This document shows positions 58,323 to 64,000 of a DNA stretch of 64,000 bases, piece after piece. The stretch's first letter is position 1. Each line of letters starts with the position of its first letter. The position numbers and the translations under genes were made by a program. The stretch covers positions 31,963 through 95,962 of the forward strand of contig CAIVRE010000014.1 in assembly GCA_903908245.1 (NCBI GenBank), written 5' to 3'. Under the pieces are notes generated by a model. The model did not search any database, was not told the DNA's origin, and saw only the letters and a list, made by a program, of their open reading frames with translations. This DNA is from Candidatus Omnitrophota bacterium. Lineage in GTDB: Bacteria; Omnitrophota; Gorgyraeia; Zapsychrales; Fredricksoniimonadaceae.

Positions 58323-59552
58323 TTATCGTTGAATTGTTTTAACAAGGTCGAACATCGGCAGAATGACCGACGCCAACATTGTTCCTACGCATATCCCCAA
58401 GAAAGAAATGAACACCGGCTCAATGAACACGATCGACTGCTTGATCGCGAACTCCACTTTCAACTCGTAAAAATCCGCGACTTTATTGAGCATTTCTCCT
58501 ATTCTACCACTTTTCTCCCCTACAGAGATCATATATACCACGTCTCTGGAAAATTCCTGATGCCCTTCAAGCGCCGTATAGATCCCTTCGCCCTTCTCGG
58601 CACTGGCGCGCACCTCGCGCACGATCCCGGCGAAGACCATATTCCCGATCACATCCTCGACGATATCCAGGGCCCTCAGGAGAGGCACTCCGGAGTTCAG
58701 CATGGAACCAAAGGTCCGGCTGAAACGCGCCACGAACATATTGCACATCAGAGGACCGACGATCGGAAGCTTCAAAAGGACACGATGCCAAAGCTTCTTG
58801 CCGAACTCGGTCCCCAGGAATTGCCGGACACCCAGGACGAGCGCCCCCAGGATCAAAAAGAACAACACCCAATAATGCTGAAGCCATATCCCCAGGCTGC
58901 ACATCAATTGAGTGGCCAGAGGCAGCTCCACCCCGGCCTTGCTGAAGATCTCCGCGAACTTCGGGATAACGAACGTCAGGATCAACAGGATGACACCCGT
59001 GCCGACAGTCATCAATATCACCGGATACGTAAGCGCGCCAACGACCTTCTGCCTCAGGTCTTCCTGCTTTTCCATATGCACCGCCAGCGTCTTTAACACC
59101 TGGCCCATGGTCCCGGAAGATTCCCCGACGCGCACCATGTTGATGAAGAACGGGGAAAAGACCCGGGGATGCCCCTCCAGCGCGTCCGACAAAGACGACC
59201 CTTCCGAAACCTGCAGGGCGATCTTCTGCACCACACTCCCGAAATAAAGATTCCCCAGTTGCCCGGCAATACTGTTAAGCGCCCCCAGCAGCGGGATACC
59301 CGCGCCGACCATGTTGGAAAGGTTGACGCAAAAAAGCATCAGCTCCGCGATCGTCACGCGCGTGACCCGAACGACAGCGGGCGCCACAGGAACAGTGACC
59401 GCACTGTGCACAAGCGCGACCTCGCCGACCTTGACCGGCGTATAGTCCCTCCGGTGCAGCTGCCTGATCGCATCCTGCTCGTTCTCGGCTTCCACCTCGC
59501 CCGTAACCAGGCCACCGGCATTATTCCTGGCTTTATAAGAAAACACGATCAT
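58323..59552 (-). CDS. pilC: PilC/GspF platform protein
   Basis: FSYKAR, AGIPLL, GESSG, ALTYP, GEKSG, IEPV...ILPMF. Confidence 0.92.
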   Translation of the reverse strand: MIVFSYKARNNAGGLVTGEVEAENEQDAIRQLHRRDYTPVKVGEVALVHSAVTVPVAPAVVRVTRVTIAELMLFCVNLSNMVGAGIPLLGALNSIAGQLGNLYFGSVVQKIALQVSEGSSLSDALEGHPRVFSPFFINMVRVGESSGTMGQVLKTLAVHMEKQEDLRQKVVGALTYPVILMTVGTGVILLILTFVIPKFAEIFSKAGVELPLATQLMCSLGIWLQHYWVLFFLILGALVLGVRQFLGTEFGKKLWHRVLLKLPIVGPLMCNMFVARFSRTFGSMLNSGVPLLRALDIVEDVIGNMVFAGIVREVRASAEKGEGIYTALEGHQEFSRDVVYMISVGEKSGRIGEMLNKVADFYELKVEFAIKQSIVFIEPVFISFLGICVGTMLASVILPMFDLVKTIQR

Positions 59553-59571
59553 TCAAGACCCCTCGCCCTTT

Positions 59572-61191
59572 TTATTCCTGCTGGATCACCCGGTAGACCT
59601 CTTCTTTCTTCGTCAGGCCTTCCTCGGCCTTCTCCATGCCGTTATCACGCAGGCTCTGCATCCCGGCCGAAAGGGCCGCACGGTTGATCTCGTCGGCAGA
59701 TGCCTTGCGCAGGATCAGCTTGCGGATCTCTTCATCAAAAACCATCAGCTCATAGATCCCGGTACGCCCCTTATACCCCGTCATGGAACAATTCTTGCAA
59801 CCCTGGCCGGCGCAATCCCGGCAGTTGAGGCGCACCAGGCGCTGCGCCATAACACCAATGATCGAAGACACCAGAAGGAACGACTCAACGCCGATATCCA
59901 GAAGGCGGGTCACCGCCCCGGCCGCATTGTTGGTATGAAGCGTCGCGAGGACCAAATGGCCCGTCAGGGACGCCTGGATGGCGATCTGCGCGGTCTCCAC
60001 ATCACGGATCTCGCCGATCATGATCACGTCGGGATCCTGCCGGAGGATCGCGCGCAGGCCCCGGGAGAACGTCAGGTCGACCGCCGGATCCACCTGTGTC
60101 TGGCGAATACCCGGCAAACGGTATTCCACGGGGTCTTCAATGGTCACGATCGATTTCTCGGGCGAGTTGATCGTGCTCACCGAGGAATACAGCGTGGTCG
60201 TCTTGCCGCTGCCCGTCGGCCCGGTGACCAGGATGATCCCGCTGGTGCGGGTCAAAAGGGCCTTGAACTTGGTCAGGTTCTCCTTGTGCAGGCCGATCTG
60301 CTCCAGGCCCAGCAGAATGGCACTGGTGTCCAAAAGCCGCAAGACCGCGTTCTCTCCGTAAACTGTCGGCAAAAATGAAATACGGATATCCACGCGCCGG
60401 CTGTCAAGCTGCATCTGAATGCGCCCGTCCTGCGGCTTGCGGCGTTCGGCGATATCCAGGCTCGCCAGGATCTTGAGGCGCGAAATGATCGCCGCGCGGA
60501 ATTGCTTGGGAGGCAATGCCTGCGGATACAATATCCCGTCGATCCGGAAACGGATATTCAGGGAAAGCTCCTCCGGCTCGATATGGATATCCGACGCCCC
60601 GTCGTTAACAGCCTTGATGATCATCGTGTTAACGAATTTAACCAGCGGAGACTCCTCCACCGACCCCTGCAGCCGGTGGACCTCGACCTCGTCGCCTTCT
60701 CTTACCTCGCGCTTCTGGTCGTCAAGGGTCTTGATCGCTTCCTGGATCCCGCTGGGCATCGCATAAAACTCCCCCAGGGCCTTCTTAACCTCGTCTTCCG
60801 TGGCAATAGCCGGATCGATCACAAGCCCTGTCCGGACCGTCAATTCATCGATCGCATAAAGATCAAAAACATCGACCATGGCGCAGGTCAGGCTGCCGCC
60901 GATCTTGAAGACCGGGATCACCTGGTACTTGCGCGCCATCTCCTCGGGGACCAGGCGGATCACCTCGGGATCGATCTCAAGGTTCCCGATCTCGATGCGG
61001 GGGATATCCGTCTGCTCGGAAATAAAATCGGCAAGCTTGTCCTGCGTGATCAGGCCCAGCCGCGGCAGGACCTTGATCGCGGGGTCCCCGCTGCTCTTTT
61101 GCTCGATCTGGACGCTTTCCCACTGATGCTGGGAAATAAGGCCCTTCTCGAACGCCAGCTCCCCGACGGCTTTCTTGGAATATTTAGCCAT
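59572..61191 (-). CDS. pilB: PilB/GspE assembly ATPase
   Basis: ASDIHIEP, ERRKPQDGR, GPTGSGKTTT, LRQDPD, TGHLVLATLHTN, compact CxxC..CxxC. Confidence 0.93.
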   Translation of the reverse strand: MAKYSKKAVGELAFEKGLISQHQWESVQIEQKSSGDPAIKVLPRLGLITQDKLADFISEQTDIPRIEIGNLEIDPEVIRLVPEEMARKYQVIPVFKIGGSLTCAMVDVFDLYAIDELTVRTGLVIDPAIATEDEVKKALGEFYAMPSGIQEAIKTLDDQKREVREGDEVEVHRLQGSVEESPLVKFVNTMIIKAVNDGASDIHIEPEELSLNIRFRIDGILYPQALPPKQFRAAIISRLKILASLDIAERRKPQDGRIQMQLDSRRVDIRISFLPTVYGENAVLRLLDTSAILLGLEQIGLHKENLTKFKALLTRTSGIILVTGPTGSGKTTTLYSSVSTINSPEKSIVTIEDPVEYRLPGIRQTQVDPAVDLTFSRGLRAILRQDPDVIMIGEIRDVETAQIAIQASLTGHLVLATLHTNNAAGAVTRLLDIGVESFLLVSSIIGVMAQRLVRLNCRDCAGQGCKNCSMTGYKGRTGIYELMVFDEEIRKLILRKASADEINRAALSAGMQSLRDNGMEKAEEGLTKKEEVYRVIQQE

Positions 61192-61207
61192 AGTCTGCTC
61201 TCGACGG

Positions 61208-61600
61208 TCACACGCGAACGATCAATTCCTCGACCTTGCGCATCAATTCCGGGATATTGATCGGTTTGTTGATAAAAGCATCCACCTTCACCTGGGCACT
61301 GAGCCTCTCATCTGCCGCGTCGGCACTGGCCGTGACCATGATCACGGGGATCCCGCGAAACCGCCTGTCCGCCTTGATCAGGGCGCACGTCTTCAGGCCA
61401 TCCATCTTGGGCATCATCCGGTCGAGGATGATCAGGTCCGGAAGGCTTTGCTTCACCGCCGCCAGCGCCTCCTGGCCGTTATAACACTTGGCCACCTCAA
61501 AACCGGCCGCATGAAGGCTGGCTTCCAGGAACCTCACGATCCCCGGATCGTCATCAACCACAAGGATCCTTTTCTTGGCTGTCTCTTCTGTCACGGTCAT
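61208..61600 (-). CDS. Single-domain response regulator
   Basis: ILVVDDD, LDRMMPKMDG, VTA, KP. Confidence 0.9.
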   Translation of the reverse strand: MTVTEETAKKRILVVDDDPGIVRFLEASLHAAGFEVAKCYNGQEALAAVKQSLPDLIILDRMMPKMDGLKTCALIKADRRFRGIPVIMVTASADAADERLSAQVKVDAFINKPINIPELMRKVEELIVRV

Positions 61601-61621
61601 TCCCCTCAAGCTTTCTGTTGT

Positions 61622-63265
61622 TCACGGGCCTTTGGCGGCCGCGTCCTTGCTCTTGCGGCCAACCACTTCCTGGCACGCGTTCACGAACATTTCCGTCGTA
61701 TCAATATAAGAGCTGTTCGGAAAATTCTCCCTCATCTTCGCAAGCGCCTCACCCGCCGCTTCGCACTTATGGAACCCTTTCACATAAAGGGCGGCCACTT
61801 TGTACAGACAAAAATCGCTTTTCCCCGAATTAGGGAAATGCTGCAGGATCGTTTTATACGTTTTGATCAGCTCGGAATACAGGTAAAGGTCATCCGCCGG
61901 TTTTTTAGAAACATCTTTTTCCAGGCTCGCCGCATATGTCAACAATCCCGAAAGCAGGTCCATGTCCGGTTCCAGGGACTTGGATTCCACATAAACCCCC
62001 GGCTGGGCCCCGGGCTTATCGAACACCATCGGCTGGGTCGAACGGATGATATGGGGCGTAATAAAGACGGTCAGCTCGGACGTCTGGTCTGTGTCCGCTC
62101 GCCGCTGAAAGAACCATCCCAGGACAGGGACATTCCTGATGCCTGGCACTCCGTTCCTCGAACGGTCCTCGTTCTTGCTGATAAGCCCGCCGATAATGAT
62201 CGTCTCGTTATCCTTGACCCGGACCGTGGCGTCCGCTTCGCGGGTGCCGATCAACGGCGCCCCGTCGGAACTGTAACCGGTCACGGTCGATACCTCCGGG
62301 TGGATCTTCATCGTTATCCACCCGTCGGGAGAGACCATGGGGGTCACCCTCAGGGACGTCCCGACCTCGACATACGAAGTCCCCGATGTATTGGTGATCC
62401 CGCCCGACGACCCAGAAATGCTCGTTTGCGTCGACTTGTACGGGACGCGGTCGCCGATGATGATCTTCGCTTCCTGGCCGGTGAGGGTCGCAATGGATGG
62501 CGATGCCAGCACGCGCGCTTTGTCGCTCTGCACCAGGGCGTCGATCGTCACATTCGCCGCAAGGTATTTCAGGTTCGGCGTTAACAGCAGCTGGCCGCCG
62601 TCCGTATCTTTCGCCGAGGAGCCCGTGTTGAACTCCGCGGACTGAAGGCTTCCGTGCGGAGGAGTGACCTTGCTGGTAATGGAGGTCCCGATCTTTTCCA
62701 CCTCCGCGGTCTTGATATCGACGATCCTTGCCTCAATAAGGACCTGCATCGGCGGAAGGTCGATCTCCTTGAGGAGGGCCTTGATCTCCCCGATGTTCTG
62801 CGGATAATCCCTGACGACCAGGCTGTTGGTCGCAATGATGGTCTGGATATCCCCCTTGCTCGAGATCGCCTTGCCTAAAAGTTCTTTGGCATCCTTGACG
62901 GCCAGATAACTCAACGGCAGCGATTCGGTCGCCAGTTCCGCTTCCGATTTGGACATGATATAAACGATCTTGTCCTTGCGATAGAACGCGTAACCATTAA
63001 CGTCGAGGAAGGCCGTCAACGCCTCATCGATGGAAATATTCTTGAGCTTGGCGGAGACTTTCCCCGAAACGCTCTTGGAAATGACGATATTGAAATCGTA
63101 GGAATACGCCAGGGCTTTGAGCACGGACGACAGGTTGGCATTGTTGTAATCCAGGCTGACAAGCTGCGGAGGCCCGGCAAGGACAGAACCACCGTCGGCC
63201 GAAAAGGGCATCTGCCATGGGCCGGCAAAAAAGATCATCAGGGAAATGAGGACGCGTTTTAACAA
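61622..63265 (-). CDS. Secretin (PilQ/GspD family) with C-terminal TPR-like extension
   Basis: STN-like N domain, QVLIEARIV, LASPSI.T..GQEA.I..G, ETIIIGGL, VPG...VPVLGWFF, ELTVFITPHII; tail with FPNS x2. Confidence 0.9.
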   Translation of the reverse strand: MLKRVLISLMIFFAGPWQMPFSADGGSVLAGPPQLVSLDYNNANLSSVLKALAYSYDFNIVISKSVSGKVSAKLKNISIDEALTAFLDVNGYAFYRKDKIVYIMSKSEAELATESLPLSYLAVKDAKELLGKAISSKGDIQTIIATNSLVVRDYPQNIGEIKALLKEIDLPPMQVLIEARIVDIKTAEVEKIGTSITSKVTPPHGSLQSAEFNTGSSAKDTDGGQLLLTPNLKYLAANVTIDALVQSDKARVLASPSIATLTGQEAKIIIGDRVPYKSTQTSISGSSGGITNTSGTSYVEVGTSLRVTPMVSPDGWITMKIHPEVSTVTGYSSDGAPLIGTREADATVRVKDNETIIIGGLISKNEDRSRNGVPGIRNVPVLGWFFQRRADTDQTSELTVFITPHIIRSTQPMVFDKPGAQPGVYVESKSLEPDMDLLSGLLTYAASLEKDVSKKPADDLYLYSELIKTYKTILQHFPNSGKSDFCLYKVAALYVKGFHKCEAAGEALAKMRENFPNSSYIDTTEMFVNACQEVVGRKSKDAAAKGP

Positions 63266-63437
63266 ACGGATCAGGGACCCTCTATCTTTTTAATAAGATC
63301 AATAAAATATTTTAAGCCTCCCGCGCATCAAGCGGAAAAGACGTAGAAAAAATTTACCTATTATAAGAATTATATTAAGCAATCCGGGGGCTTTAAACAA
63401 GACAAAACGAACAATTCTCCCCCCAATGCGAAAAAAC

Positions 63438-63472
63438 AAAAAACCCGCTGCAAATGTTCCTTTTGCAACGGG
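63438..63472 (-). terminator. Intrinsic terminator after corA
   Basis: CCCGUUGCAAA...UUUGCAGCGGG + U6 on the minus strand. Confidence 0.7.
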
Positions 63473-63505
63473 CTCACTCAAATCGTTCCCAAAAAATATC
63501 CCGGC

Positions 63506-64000
63506 TTAAAACCATTTCCGTTTTTTAAAGAATACAAGCATGCCAACCACGATCACCGCCATCAGGCCCAGGAGAGAAAAATACCCGTACCGCCAGCTCA
63601 ATTCCGGCATATTGTAAGGCGACGCCTCGGTCCTGAAATTCATGCCGTAAAGCCCGGCCAGGAACGTCAAAGGGATAAAGATCGTGGCAATGATCGTAAG
63701 CACCTTCATGACCTCGTTGAGCCGGTGGCTGAGGCTCGACAGGTACACATCAAGCATGCTGGCCGCTGTCTCCCGGAAGGCCTCGATGGTATCGACCGCC
63801 TGGATCACATGGTCGTGGATATCGCGGAAATACGCCAGGGACTCTGCCCGGATCAGCGCGGACTCGCTCTGGGTCACCGCCCGCACGACCTCCCTCAGCG
63901 GCCAGACGGATTTCCTTAAAAAAATAAGCTGCCTCTTGGTTTTATTGATCGCCTGCTGCACCTTGATGTCCGGATCAGCCAGCAGTTCTTCCTCGATCAG
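63506..64000 (-). CDS. corA: CorA Mg2+/Co2+ transporter (5' truncated by window edge)
   Basis: NEVMKVLTIIATIFIPLTFLAGLYGMNF, MPEL.W.YGY, FKKRKWF. Confidence 0.95.
   Translation of the reverse strand: MIEEELLADPDIKVQQAINKTKRQLIFLRKSVWPLREVVRAVTQSESALIRAESLAYFRDIHDHVIQAVDTIEAFRETAASMLDVYLSSLSHRLNEVMKVLTIIATIFIPLTFLAGLYGMNFRTEASPYNMPELSWRYGYFSLLGLMAVIVVGMLVFFKKRKWF

Noticed and set aside
61175-62584. Long antisense ORFs (also 27564..28805, 48711..50261, 54953..56038)
   Set aside because: Shadow frames of well-supported minus-strand genes with no recognisable motifs.

Overview
64 kb of bacterial chromosome, about 55 CDS, almost all on the minus strand. It is probably from an anaerobe (flavodiiron protein, 2-oxoacid:ferredoxin oxidoreductase) and, by inference from the 995-aa protein at 30.6-33.6 kb, from Omnitrophota (OP3). 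No rRNA, tRNA, CRISPR array, integrase or transposase was seen. Most of 1-47 kb is housekeeping. The best candidate for an undescribed system is at 48.4-63.3 kb: a T2SS/type IV pilus-like locus (secretin with a TPR-like tail, receiver protein, PilB/GspE, PilC, pilins, PilX-LamG, PilM-PilN fusion, PilO). It runs directly into two module-shuffled, very Cys-rich secreted proteins and a duplicated pilin, and one of the Cys-rich genes has an in-frame TAG ahead of an intact tail. Other highlights: a pilin fused through a Gly linker to an HExxH metallopeptidase-like domain with a downstream lipoprotein; a four-gene SDR/prenyltransferase/methyltransferase/Cache-like operon behind a two-component system; an unannotated 19-aa Lys-rich microprotein unit; a Rho lacking its RNA-binding domain; a MazEF-type pair; and several REP-like palindromes. 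All product calls come from motif recognition by eye; no database search was run.
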